Below are positions 14,201 to 27,081 of a stretch of DNA of 64,000 nucleotides, one piece after another (the first letter of the stretch is position 1; every line of letters begins with the position of its first letter). This DNA is from Eledone cirrhosa (lineage: Eukaryota), in NCBI GenBank assembly GCA_964016885.1, contig OZ024744.1, positions 62,868,001 through 62,932,000 of the forward strand, written 5' to 3'. The position numbers and the translations under genes are program-made. Under the pieces are notes generated by a model. It was given only the letters and a program-made list of their open reading frames with translations. It did not search any database and had not been told where the DNA came from.

Positions 14201-14843
14201 AGAAATAAGAGGATCAGATGTTGTTTACTCGAGAGAAGGCTACGTTGGTATGGTCACGTGATGCGCATGAAAGACGACAGCTGTATAACAAGGTGCAGGG
14301 CAATAAAGATAGACGGTAGCCACGGGGTAGGCAGACCCAGAAAAACCTGGGACGACCTGATAAATTCCGACCTCACACACTTACACCTCTCCAAGACAAG
14401 TCACTGGACCGAGACCTTTGGCGGTACTCAGTAATAGAGAAGACCCGCCTTACCTAAATACAAAGTAAAACCTACTACAGTCAGTAGGCATCTCTAACAA
14501 AATACACCCCCGTCCCACCACCCCCACCCCATCCACACCGCCCCTTTCAATGTAAAGTTATGTTGGTACCACAACATCCAGGCCGAAACAAATGAGATCG
14601 TGTAGGTGTCACGACAAAAAAACACACAGTCCACGCTGTAATGTGGCCGTGTAGGTAACACGGTAAAAACCTCCCAGTCCCACACTGTAAAAGTGGTTGG
14701 TGTTAAGGGCATCCAGCTGTAGAAAACCCGCCAGACAGTCCTATACGAGCAAGACAACCACTCTTGCCTCAAGTGGGAAAACTCCCGTCCAAACCCATGC
14801 AAGCGTGGAAGATGGACGTTAAACGATGATGATGATGATGATG
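11250..14843 (+). mobile_element. Near full-length RTE-clade LINE (APE endonuclease plus RT), frameshifted
   Basis: ORFs 11597-12418 (SAYAPQ, QVDYIL) and 12345-14261 ([23 protein letters not shown]); (TGA)n tail; deletion near 11610; 5' boundary approximate. Confidence 0.95.
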
Positions 14844-15181
14844 AATGACTACTTCTCGTGTTAAGCCAGATTGCTTACTTGTCATCAGATGTGAAAAATA
14901 TCTCTCCATAGTATAAATAAAATAGCCACTACATTCATTGTTCTTGATCATTTTTATGAAATATAATACAAATTACACCATACCAACTAAAAGAAAGATG
15001 GTATAATTCCCAAGTACCTGATGGTGAGGTTGATGATGGTGGCATTGGTAGTGTAGCTGCTTTCTTCACTGGTTTGCACTAGCAAGGTTAACTTCAGGCT
15101 AAACAAGATTTCTTTTGTAATTATGTAAAATATAGCGACTGGAAATTTTTATTTTTATAAAACCCCTAAAATAAATCATAC

Positions 15182-15298
15182 CTTCAGTTTTGTGGCACTT
15201 ACACCTGCGTCGTATCTCTCAAAGTTATTTGCTCGTTCATTCCGAACAAAAGCTTGTTTCTTCAATGCCTCCTTTAATCGCTTATTTGCGACGGCAGC
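15182..15298 (-). CDS. KIF4: KIF4-like exon (AAVANKRLKEALKKQ...GVSATKLK)
   Basis: tag/gtatga, 117 nt; resembles KIF4 AAAANKRLKDALQKQ; a second in-frame donor lies at 15203. Confidence 0.9.
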
Positions 15299-15773
15299 CT
15301 ACAATATATTTTAATTACATTTAGCAATCAATAACTAATCAATTCATATACTTAACATGGAATTCTTAAAAATGTGTTAACCAAGTTAATATATACACAC
15401 ACACACATACATAGTCACACCTTTTCCCATGGAGACACACAAGATATATAAATCCATCCATCTATATAATCTATATATATCTATATATATATGGACATGT
15501 GATGCGCATGTAGAACCACCAGAGTATGTAGCTTGCCATGGGCCTGTAAAATTTTACCCAGCCGTAGCATGGAAAATGGGTTAAAACCCTTGTTGTATGG
15601 TTGATACTGTTTGTGTGTGTATGTGCCCCCCCCCCCCTTGTAACTTAGCGATTTGTCACAAAGAGATCAATAAAATAAGTACCAGATTTTAAAATCCCTT
15701 CAAAGCTGTTCTCCAGCATGGTTGCCATCAGATGACTGAAACAAGTAAATGAAAAAAAATTGAAACCACAAAC

Positions 15774-15857
15774 CTCTTCAGATTTTCTTTTCAATATAAT
15801 CTGTTGCTTTTCTTGGGCACTTTTCAACTTCTGAATTTCACATTGTCTTTTTCTATC
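15774..15857 (-). CDS. KIF4: KIF4-like exon (DRKRQCEIQKLKSAQEKQQIILKRKSEE)
   Basis: cag/gtttgt, 84 nt; resembles KIF4 DRKRQYELLKL...VLRRKTEE. Confidence 0.9.
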
Positions 15858-16259
15858 CTGGAAAAACAGAAAACAGAAAAGTATGGATTTGAACTTTTAA
15901 AAAAACACATTTTAAATTAAATTTCAATACATGTAATTAAAATTTCCAAGATATGAGATCTGCTAAATTTATCCATTAATATAAAATCCAGCTTGCACTA
16001 TATGTAAATAAACTTTCCACAAAAATATTTTATTTACAAAACCTGTATGAAAAGATGTATGCTTCTTTTACATCAGCATGTGAATGGCTTGCTGAAATAA
16101 CAGAAGTAGCAACATCACATGATTACAAGGCCCCCTTCCTCATGAGGATCTCTAATTAGTGGACATCAATGAGTGCATGTGAAACACAGAATTTCTTGCC
16201 AGGGTTTTTATATAAGTCTATATGCACCTTTATTCTAACTCACACTGTGTTAGTGCTTT

Positions 16260-17040
16260 AAACTATGTAGCTGTGGTATGATAACAGCTTTAAATACACA
16301 TAAGACCAACAAATTTTATTTACTGTAATAAAAATAATAGTGACAATAATAACAATGAAAAAAGAATGGGAAGGGATAACAAGAACTGTAGCATTGCAGA
16401 AGAGAGGGGAGGGATGAAGGGGTAAGGTGATTGTGCTTTGGGCAGAAGGGTTACACCCCACGAACAAGATGGGCGATGGCCAGTGACACCCGCTGCAACA
16501 GCCATCCCAACTCACGGGGCTCCCTCATCAGATGGGCCACTGACGTTCCGATCTTGCAGAGGAGCTCGGCAGTACAGGGGTCCAAGTATGCCTGAGGTCT
16601 CGACAGCGACCGGACAAACCCCAGTATTTGTTTATTTTATGTTTTTCTGCAAGGCAGGCTGCGATGCCGGAGTTTGTGGCTGAAGCGGCTAAGTTGGAGG
16701 CGGAGAACGTGTCGCAGTAGGTGGCATCCCAGATGAGGGATCTACCTCCTTTGAAGTAACCCTGTTGTCAGCAGCAATGAGGGAGTTGGGTCTTCCATAC
16801 GAGAGGTAAACGAAGATGTAGATGGAGGAGGCTCATTTAAGACATGTCTCTAGGATGTGTTCTTGTCTAACGCTGTTGAAGGCATTAGCCATGATGTCCA
16901 GCATAACAAGGAGGTATGTGCTCTATGAAGTGTCTGGCCACATGAGCTAAGGCCTCACAACCGCACTTAATTCCCACTCAGAGCTTGCAAGTCAAAGACG
17001 ATCTGAGAAAGATGCTGTCTTTGCTGCAAGTCATTCTTCC
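16260..17040 (-). mobile_element. CRE-like non-LTR retrotransposon remnant (restriction-like endonuclease)
   Basis: LDIMANAFNSVR; GRSLIWDATYCDTFSAS...AEKHKINKY; PVAVETSG. Confidence 0.65.
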
Positions 17041-17102
17041 TCAGTGTCATTACGAAAAAAAAAAATAAATAAATAATGAATTTTTAAAAAATATAATCTT
17101 AC

Positions 17103-17213
17103 GGTTTGTTGAAGTTTGTTAACTTCTAGATCCTTTGTTTTTTTCCAGCTTCGGTAAACATCTGTCTCTTTTTTCATTTTCTTCACGAGATTAACTTTAT
17201 TAGTTTTCAGAAT
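17103..17213 (-). CDS. KIF4: KIF4-like exon (ILKTNKVNLVKKMKKETDVYRSWKKTKDLEVNKLQQT)
   Basis: tag/gtaag, 111 nt; resembles the kinesin-4 motif VQLMRQMKEDAEKFRQWK. Confidence 0.9.
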
Positions 17214-18204
17214 CTAAGAAACAGAAATCACAAAATTAACAGCAAGTATATCTTAACCCTTTCATTACTATATTCGAATTAATTCATGAAGAATTTGGAG
17301 GGATTTATTAAAATTATTTAAATTATTAAGATGATATTTGTAACATAAAAATGTTTTTTTTAAAATAAAATATGTTAGAAGCTGTTAATTTAAATAGTAT
17401 ACTAAATGGATGGTTTTATCCCATAGAACCACAAGTAGTTTTGGGTGGGGTGTTATCAAAAGGGTTAATTGTGAAGCTTTTCTATTTAAAACCCAATGAC
17501 AAGTAGATATAGACACAACCATAGCCAGATCAGACAATGATGCTTAACCAAAATCATACCAAGAACATAGAGCCATACACACACATGCATGCAGACACAA
17601 AAACATTTAACCATACTACAAATTTTATATTTTTATTCTAACAATATTAACTTTTTTCATGACAAACATCACTAATTATAAAGTAATTTTTCATTAGTCA
17701 GTAAGAAAAGTTGCTACAGAGATAAACATAGTTTGGTAAGGAGTAAAATCAAGAGAAAATCTTGAGAAAGAAATCATTTTGGGTTTTTGTCCAAATGCGA
17801 TGTTAACCCTTTAGCATTTAGACCGGCTATATCCGTTCTGTTCATACTGTCCGTAACTGGCCAATCATACTGATGTTAAGGTATTGTTCAAAATCTCGTA
17901 GATTTGATATTAAAATTCAATAGAAAATATAGAGTAATGTGAATGCTAAAGGGTTAAAGCACATCCAGAATGAAATGAATCTTCCTAAGTTTCGACGATG
18001 AGCATTCCAGTTGTTCAAGCAACAGTACAACTTGCTCATGTGTACCCTGAACATAGTTATCAGGGATATAAAGTGTGATAAGGCTGGCTTTTTGAATTAC
18101 ACAGGTTTAAGTTGGCTTCTGGAACATAGGTTCTTACATAAAATTATGATAGAAGTTTTTATTTTAGATAAAGATAAACACTTTAAAATCTACATATCTG
18201 TATC

Positions 18205-18900
18205 GTACAGGGTTGCTCAGTTCTTTGAGGGCATCTTTTAATAGCACTAACCTTTTCTAACTTGTTCTGATTATCATTTCTTTTCAGCAAATGAAAAGGC
18301 ACACTGCAATCATTGCTTCAAAGGCAGAGCAGAGTGATATAGAAATTGCTCACTTCCTGAAAGTTCCATGATCATTAGTTGTCAAAGTTTGCAAAGAGCT
18401 GGAAGCTTCTGACAAGGATTCTAGAAGAGTAGCCAAATGTAAAATGCCTGCTTTGGGTTCTAATACTTTCAGAACACCCAAACTTGTACGAAAGGTGCAG
18501 AAAAGATAAAAACCCCAGAAAGTCAATTAGTCCCATTGCTAAGGAACTCAAGATTTCAAGGCTCACTTTCAGAAGAATTGTGCATGAGGACCTTCAGTAT
18601 AAGTCATATTTGATGCAGTCAACCAAAGGAATCACAAAGCTATGCAAACACCTTGCATAGTGGTCATGCACACAAAGTTTACGACAACTGTCATGGTTCA
18701 GGGAGTCATGAGCAATGAAGGAAATTTCATGCCTCCTCATTTCTTTCCTCAAGGCTTAAGAGTCAATGCTCTTGACTAAGGAGTTGTTAAGGGTTGAGGC
18801 CTTGGATAGAGAGCATGAGCAAAGGATGGCCGTAAACCTTCCAACAAGATTCTGCACTGTCTCATAAGACCAAGACCAACCAAGAACAAATAAGCCATGA
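18205..18900 (+). mobile_element. Tc1/mariner-superfamily transposase remnant
   Basis: TACAGGG terminus-like start; translates to VMHTKFTTTVMVQGVMSNEGNFMPPHFFPQGLRVNA. Confidence 0.7.
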
Positions 18901-18912
18901 TCCCTATGATGA

Positions 18913-19317
18913 TGTAGTGACCTACATTCCGCAGGCTCACATAGTCTCTGTGCGTGATTTGGCTCAGCTCAGCCAATCAGCGCCAGTAAAAGAGAATGTA
19001 TCCCTACGCGCCCTGAGGGAAAAATTCCCGCGTGAATTTGAGAAATCGCTCTCTTGCACGATGACTTCGAAAAGGTAAACACCTAACTTTCTTTCGTCGT
19101 GAAATCACTAGCCAACATGTAACGCAACAACTTAACCACGGCCTGGCAACACTTCAGCCAGTAGACCGTGCCTCCTGAGCTCTTAATTCGTTTGTTTTAT
19201 CTCTCTTGGCATGCCAGCTATTCAGCTCACTCAGCTCAACCTTATTAATAAATAATGTAAAACACGCCAAAGTCGTTGTCGATATTCCTAACATCTTACT
19301 ACCAAACTGTTACCACA
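18913..19317 (+). mobile_element. Solo LTR related to 399-899
   Basis: Shares TGTAGTGACCTACATTCCGCAGGCTCA...CCAATCAGCGCCAGTA; AATAAA near the 3' end; right boundary approximate. Confidence 0.65.
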
Positions 19318-19335
19318 GCAATGCTTTAAATGTGA

Positions 19336-22300
19336 TCATCATCATCATCATCATGATCGTTTAACATCCATCTTCCACGCTTGCATGGGTTTGGACGGGA
19401 TTTTCCCACTTGAGGCAAGATTGGTTGTCCTGCTCGTATAGGACTGTCTGACGGGTTTTCTACAGCTGGATGCCCTAACACCAACCACGTTTACAGTGTA
19501 GACTGGGTGGTTTTTACCGTGTTACCTACACGGCCACATTACAGCGTGGACTGTGTGTTCTTTTGTCGTGACACCTACACGACCTCATTTGTTTTGGACT
19601 GGCTGTTGTAGTACCAACATAACTTCACATTTAAGGGCGCGGGGTGTAGTGGGACGGGGTGTATTTTGTTAGAGGTGCCTACTGACTGTAGGTTTCGCTT
19701 TGTACTTAAGCAAGGTGGGTCTTCTGCATAACTGTGTAGCGCCAAAGATCTCGGTCCAGTAACATTGTCTTGAAAAGGTTTAAGTGTGTGAGGTCGGAAT
19801 TTATCAAGTCGTACCAGGTTTTTCTGGGTCTGCCTACTCCGTCGCTACCGTCTATTTTTATCGCCCTGCACTTTTTTATAAAGCTGTCGTCTCTCATGCG
19901 CATCACGTGACCATACCAACGTAGTGTTCTCTCAAATAAACAGCATCTGATCCCTCTTATTCCTAATTTCTCCCTTAGTTCATTTATGCTTTGCCGTTCA
20001 CGTATATTACTATTACACATCCAGCGGAGCATGCAAGCTTCGTTCCTCTCCAGTCTGCGTATATCCTCTGCACACAATGCCCAGGTCTCACTGCCATGTA
20101 ACACTGCTGTTCGTATGCAGGCATCATACAGCCTGCCTTTCATTTTTAGAGAGAACCCTTTAGCAGCCAATAGTGGTATAAGCTCTCTGAACTTTTTCCA
20201 TCTCGTTCTGACTCTAGCTACTGTACTTTCAGAACACCCTCCCCCACTGCTGATTTTGTCACCCAGGTAACGGAAGCTGTCCACTATTTCTATAGAACCA
20301 TCTGTGCAATGGAATGAGCTAGTATTCTGTGGGCACTTGCTGCTACTTATTGCACCTGAGCAACGGCCACATATAAAATCTATATTCTTAGTTAGCTTAC
20401 CTGTGATCCCACTACATCTTTTATGCACCCATACTTTGCATTTGGGACATAAAATGGAGTTTCTGCCTACTCCTTTCCTACACGGTAAGCATGGCCATTT
20501 CCCAGATGGTACCGGCGCCCTATTTTCCTTCCTACAAACTAGAACTTTAGTCTTAGACAAGTTAACTTTAAGGCCTTTTGATTCTAGGCCGTGCTTCCAT
20601 GTTTGGAATTTCTTCTCTAGCTTGGCCATTGATTCAGCTATGAGCGTTAGATCATCTGCATATAGGAGTTCACATGGGCAGCCGGTCTTGAACTCCTCTG
20701 TTATAGCCTGAAGGGCAATAATAAATAGTAGGGGGCTAAGAACGGAGCCCCGATGAACACCTACTTTTACGTTAAACTCTTCACTTTATTCGTTGTTAAT
20801 TCTAACCTTGCTGACTGTTTCTTTATACATGGCTTGTATAGCTGTCACAAGCCATTCATCAACACCTAGTTTTCTAAGAGCCCACCAGATAATGGAACGG
20901 GGGACTCTTTCAAAGGCTTTCGCCAAGTCAACAAAGGCTAAGTATAGGGGTTTACTTTTAGCTAGGTACTTCTCCTGTAGTTGTCGTACAATGAAAAGAG
21001 CGTCTGTGGTACTTTTGCCTGACACAAACCCGAACTGCATTTCATCTAGATCAATTCGTTCTCTGATTAGTTGCGCTATTACTTTTTCTGTGACCTTCAT
21101 GACCTGGTCGATTAATTTAATGCCTCTATAGTTACCCCTATCTAGGGCATCTCCTTTACCCTTGTAGCAGTTAATGATGATGCTGCTACACCAGTCCGGC
21201 CCCATTCTGTATGACTTGGTTTACTATCCGGGTGACCATAGTGTGTCCCACCGTTCCAGATGCTTTCAGCATTTCAGCAACTATTTCCGAAGGCCCAGCC
21301 GCCTTACCCGTCTTCATATCTTTGATTGCCTTACTTATTATACTACCTTCAACTAGCAGTGCTGGTCCCTCTATTGGATCGATGTGGGGGAGACTGTCTT
21401 TCTCCCATTTATTCTCCTCATTTAGTAGCCTTTCGTAGTGACACTTCCAAGCAACCTTCTATCAGTGATGGCAAGTACAACATCATCATTAAGGACACTT
21501 CTCCCCGACAATATCACGGTTTTCCTTGAAAACATTGCCTAGCAATCCTGAACACCTCACGTTTTTGGTCCTCGCGTTGTAGAACATGCTTGAACTTTCT
21601 TTCCTCTGCTTCCCTTCTTGCGAAGTACACTTGTCTCCTAGCTTCCCTCCTGGCCACTTGATAGTCTTCTCTACTTCCCCCATCCCACTATACTTTCCAA
21701 GCCTGCTCTTTGGCCTTAATTGACTCCTCCACCTTACTGTTCCACCACCATGTTACTCTCCTCCTGCCTATAGGCCTGCTCCAGCCACAGACTTCATCTG
21801 CCGCCTTCAGCAGGTTAGCTTTCAGGAATTCCCACTGTTCCTCTATATTGTACGACTCTAATTGCTCTTCCTTACTGTCGAAAGCATCAAGTAATATGCT
21901 TTTAAATTTATTACTGGCTGTGGGGTCCTTTAGCTTCCATATTTTTCTCCTGAGGATAGTCTTCCTCTGTTGTCGAGTACGTCTTGTCCTGACTATGAGT
22001 CTATGTTGGGAGGTGCATTCTTCATGGGGGAGGGATTTAGTGTTTACAACAGACACTATCACGTCTTCTGGTAAGGATATAATCTATCTGACTGGCGTGT
22101 TCCCCTGATCTATAGGTGATCAGGTGATTGTCTCGTTTTTTGAAATTAGTGTTACAGGTAGTTAGGTTATTTGCGTCAGAATTCCAGGATTCTGGAGACT
22201 TCCTCATTTCTAGTACCAAACCCATAGCCTCCATGGATTCCGTCATAGCTGTCACAATGATGTCCAACATGACCATTTAGGTCGCCAGCAATAATTATGT

Positions 22301-23172
22301 AGTCACTGTCGGTTATTTGGGAGGTAGTGAGCATCAATGTCTCATAGAATGTCTTTTATAGCGCCAGGCAGTCTGGATTGGGGTGCATACGCAGATATTA
22401 CTGTCATAGTAGTTCTATTTAGGACAAGTCTTATTTTAATTATTCTGTTGTTCACTCTATTTACGTCTATTATCTTATCCACCCATTTTTCTGCTAACAT
22501 GATTCCTACCCCACCCAGCCCATTTTTTTTCCCACCCAGAAAAGCTTATAGCATCGTTTTTTTACCCACAATGAATCTAGCAGACCCACCCCTCCACATG
22601 GTCTCTTGGATACAGCAAACATCAATCTCCTTACGTTCAAGTATTTCTACAACCTCGTTAGAGCGACCTTTTAAGGTGCCTACCAACTCTGAAGTTTTGG
22701 ATTGCGTTTGGTGGGTGGGAACGGTGGGGCGCAGGGAGGGGTGAGGGGGATGGGGTTGGGGGGTTGGGGTTATGTTGGCCATCCGCGGCCGAAACAAAGC
22801 AGAGGAGTCCTTGCCTTTTCGTCCGGCAGCATGAGGTGAATTTGTCTTTATCTTTGGCATTGTCACTGAGTGCCGGGGGTGAGGTGGGGTGGGGTGGGGG
22901 TGGGGGTCTAACCATTGATAAGCGTTGACAAATTCTGAGATTCGTACCTCGTAACAGGTTTATTTATATTTGGTGAGATAAGGCAGTGATTGAAAGGGTG
23001 AACTAGCCGGCGCGTAATACGATATAGGGGGGGGGGGGGGGGGGTTTAAAAGATTAAGAGGGACAAGGAGGCCATTTTATAAATCCTAGAATTTTTCGTC
23101 CAAAATTAAATAAGCGAATAATGGGATTTTAAAAATACAAGGAGATTATTTAGAACAGCCAGACAGAATTAT
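19336..23172 (-). mobile_element. Full-length degenerate RTE LINE, same family, inverted orientation
   Basis: Fragmented endonuclease and RT ORFs 19706-22866; (CAT)n tail on the plus strand; 5' end TATAATTCTGTCT shared with the 43528 copy. Confidence 0.95.
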
Positions 23173-23709
23173 AGAATAGCATTGAGAGAGGATTCCTTCC
23201 AGAGGTATTATCACAGCAGCAACAGAACCTGAGACTTACAACCTAACCTCAATTCTTCGTGGTGATGCATCTACTCTTAAAACCATCTTGTTAAAACTGT
23301 TGACTTTCGACGCAGGAAATGCTCCTTCACAACATATATATATACATCAACCCAGCCTTCTGTTAAAATGATGCCATCCCAATCATATGGCCTCCTATCT
23401 CTCCAGACCTGAAACCATCGGACTATTACATATGAGATATAGTCAAGAGGGAAGTCAACCAATGCTCCCATAATAAAATCTCTAAAGTCTACCATAACTA
23501 AAACAATGTGCAAAATAGATAAAGACCTGATTTGGGCACGTCAACATTTCAGACCTCAAATCATTGCTTATGGCAGATTTATTAAGTAGATGTGTCAAGA
23601 AGAGTTTCAAGATTATTCTAATAAAGCTCTTTCATAACTACTAAATTCATGCAAATATCCTCAAAGAATTGAGCGACTGCCTGAAACCAGTCATAGTTAT
23701 AGTTTGGCA

Positions 23710-24285
23710 TTAACCCTTTAGCATTTAAACCAGCTGTATCCAGCCAGAGTAAAGGCACATGGCTTAGTGGTTAGCACATTGGGCTTACTATTGCAAGGTT
23801 CTGAGTTCGATTCTCGGACCAGGTGATGCATTGTGACCTTGAGCAAGACTTTATTTCACGTTGCTCCAGTTTACCCAGCTGTAGAAATGAGTTGCGACAT
23901 CACTGATGCCAAGTTGTATCGGCCATTGCCTTTCCCTTGAATATCATCGGTGGCATGGAGAGGGGAGGCTGATATGTATGGGTGACTGCTGGTCTTCTAC
24001 AAACTACTTTGCCCACACTTGTACCTTGGAGGGAAACTTTCTTGGTGCAAATCCCTTGGTCATTCGTGACCGAAGGGGGTCTTTACACTTTATCCAGCCA
24101 GAATTCCTTCACCTCTTTCTGTTCAAAACAGCTGTAACGGCCACTCATTCTGATGTGAAGGTATTGTTCTCAAAATAAATAATATCAAATCTCAAAGATT
24201 CGATATGAGAGATAATTATGTAAGATAACGCCTTTACCGTGAAAATACAATAGTAAATATAGAGTAATGTAAAGGGTAATGGGTT
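23710..24285. mobile_element. piggyBac-type MITE (TTAACCCTTTAGCATT termini) interrupted by a SINE
   Basis: Related copies near 3960-4146, 5720, 17803-17957, 41694, 42473-42680 and 61210-61359. Confidence 0.75.
23749..24090 (+). mobile_element. tRNA-derived SINE with a 12-bp TSD
   Basis: A box TGGCTTAGTGG, B box GAGTTCGATTC, TSD TATCCAGCCAGA. Confidence 0.85.
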
Positions 24286-24323
24286 AAAAGGTTAAATTAT
24301 AAAACAAAATATGAGTAAAATAC

Positions 24324-24468
24324 TTGTATATCTTGATCAAGAGCTTTCACTTTGCTATCAGCAATTTCTTTCAATTTTCGAAGATAAGTATATTCTGCCA
24401 TTTTATCTTTTAGGCGGTTAATTTCTTCTTCCAATTTTTTCATTTTCTGATGTTGCATTTCACTTTTG
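24324..24468 (-). CDS. KIF4: KIF4-like exon (KSEMQHQKMKKLEEEINRLKDK...LDQDIQ)
   Basis: cag/gtattt, 145 nt, phase 2 to 0; heptad pattern. Confidence 0.85.
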
Positions 24469-24617
24469 CTGAAATTAATATTTTAAAAGAAATCATAATA
24501 GGTGTTAATTGTATTAATTTCATTATAGCCAGTACTGAGACAAGCATGTGGCCTAGTGGTTAGGGTGTTGTGCACGAGTTGTATTCCTGGACCAGGTGAC
24601 GTGTTCTTGAGCAAGAC

Positions 24618-24980
24618 TATAACGTAGATTACGTGTCGCTGGAGATATTAATATAGTTATCGATTCAGAAGGCAATGTCGAAAACGACATAATCCATTAT
24701 AACAAAAATCCCCCTTTATTTGTTGTACAAATATAGAATCGAAATAACAAGAGAGGGTTGAGTAAGTCTTCACATCATGTTGGCTGCATATTCCAGTGGA
24801 GATGTGAAAGAATGGTGGCATATCAAATGTTGGACGTCTTGATGCTACCAGGTCGTTCAGTTAACTCTGTCTCTCTACCCTGTCAGCCAACTTTGTCTCT
24901 GGTCCAAGTAGTCCAGCAACTTGTCTCGATCAGTTGAGGGCCTTGATTGGCTCCACTTCAGCCAATTTATCTCTGTGACA
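24618..24980 (-). mobile_element. Possible solo LTR adjoining a SINE head
   Basis: TGTCACAG start, AATAAA, ends CGTTATA; no target-site duplication found. Confidence 0.35.
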
Positions 24981-25685
24981 CCATTCTTCCGCCAAAGGAA
25001 AATACATTTAATTCTGTTCACTACAAATCAACACCCACATAACACTATAAAATCTCTAAAATCAGCCACATAATTAACACAATGTTCAAAACAGATAAAG
25101 ATTATTTGATTTGAGCACGTCAGACCTTGTATTGAAGCAGTCATTCAATGCTAACTGCATATTTATTGAGCAGATGCAAGCCAGAATCAGTTCCCGTCCC
25201 ACCCACGTAAAATGAAATGATGATGATGAAATGATGCATCAAGATTCGTCTCAAAATTATTCATGCCATTTTTTCTTAAAGCTATTCTTTTATGACTTAT
25301 GTATTTTTTACTAAATTAATGCAAATGTCATCAAAGAAATGAGGAACCCTGTAACACATTAACTTGAATGTTAGTTATATTACTAAATCCTTCCAAAGTC
25401 TTGATGATTTAATGAAAAGCTAAGGCAGTGTCTTTCATTAGAAATATGGCAAGAAAAGGGTTCAAGTGTTTATATTTATCTAATAAGCTTAACCCTTTAG
25501 CATTCACATTAATTTTCAAATGTCATGTTTATCTGTTCACATTATTTTCAGTTAATCGTACTCAAGAGGGTTTTCAATTTTATTTGTTTGTAATTTTCTA
25601 TGTTGCAGGCTTGAAATTTTGTCAGATGTTTAAATATCAATAATTTACAATTATATATTTTTTGTTAAATTTGACTTTTATGGGC

Positions 25686-26458
25686 ATCATCATCATCATC
25701 ATCATCAGGTTTAGCGTCCGTGTTCCACGCTTGCATGGGTTTGGACGGGGGTTTTCCCACTTGAGGCAAGAGTGGTTGTCTTGCTCGCATAGGACTGTCT
25801 GGCGGGTTTTCTACAGTTGGATGCCCTTCCTAACACCAACCACATTTACAGTGTGGGGCTGGGAGGTTTTTACCGTGTTGCCTACACGGCCACATTACAG
25901 CGTGGACTGTCTGGCGGGTTTTCTACAGCTGGATGCCCTTCCTAACACCAACCACATTTACAGTGTGGGGCCGGGAGGTTTTTACCGTGTTGCCTACACG
26001 GCCACATTTACAGCGTGGACTGTGTGTTTTTTGTCGTGACACCTACACGATCTCATTTGTTTCGGCCTGGATGTTGTGGGGCCAACATAACTTTACATTG
26101 AAAGGGGCGGTGTGGGTGGGGTGGAGGTGGAGGTGGTGGGACGGGGGTGTGTTTTGATAGAGGTGCCTACTGACTGTAGTAGGTTTTTACTTTGTATTTA
26201 GGTAAGGCGGGTCTTCTCTATTACTGAGTACCGCCAAAGGTCTCGGTCCAGTGACATTGTCTTGGAGAGGTGTAAGCGTGTGAGGTCGGAAATTATCAGC
26301 TCGTCCCATGTTTTTCTGGGTCTGCCTACTCCGTGGCTACCGTCTATCTTTATTGCCCTGCACTTTGTTATACAGCTGTCGTCTTTCATGCGCATCACGT
26401 GACCGTACCAACGTAGCCTTCTCTCGAGTAAACAACATCTGATCCCTCTTATTTCTAA
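25686..26458 (-). mobile_element. RTE 3' fragment with an internal duplication, inserted in a piggyBac derivative
   Basis: Matches 14200-14843; piggyBac sequence resumes at 26459. Confidence 0.85.
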
Positions 26459-26907
26459 GTGAAATTAATTAATAGGGGCATTTGAAGTATCAACCAGGTG
26501 CAAATACTGGTTTAATTTTAAATACGTTGTTTTCAGCATAATACTTGATATATAAGGATCACTAAACCTTATATCAGTGCTCCAGTAATTCTAGAGTCTT
26601 GGAAATTGTTTTATACCTAACATAATATTTACGGTAAAAAATGCTTCATTTCCGCAGCATCTGTCGGTCGCCATAACGAATCGGGTTTTCCTCGATTTGA
26701 AATCTGTTGGGCATATCGATTAATCTCTTCTGCCACAACTTCGAAGAAAGTTTGTAGCAAAAACAAAAAGAAATAATCCAGTGTTTTAGCATCGGGAGGT
26801 AATGTGTGTTGTGGACCAGTATTTTGAATAAAATCAGGAACATGTATTGGTGTATTTTCTACCACATTGCTGTAATATTTTCATATATATATATATATAC
26901 ACATATA

Positions 26908-26939
<32 letters not shown>

Positions 26940-27081
26940 CATATATATACATATACATATACATATACATATATATACACATACATATATATACACATAC
27001 ATATATATATATACACATACATATATATATATATATATACACATACATATATATACATATATATGTATACACATATATATA

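Noticed and set aside
12345-14261. Active, intact RTE
   Set aside because: A deletion in the endonuclease N-terminus and frameshifts near 12295 and 14210.
23749-23825. tRNA gene
   Set aside because: Has A and B boxes but no cloverleaf, and continues into a SINE body with a TSD.
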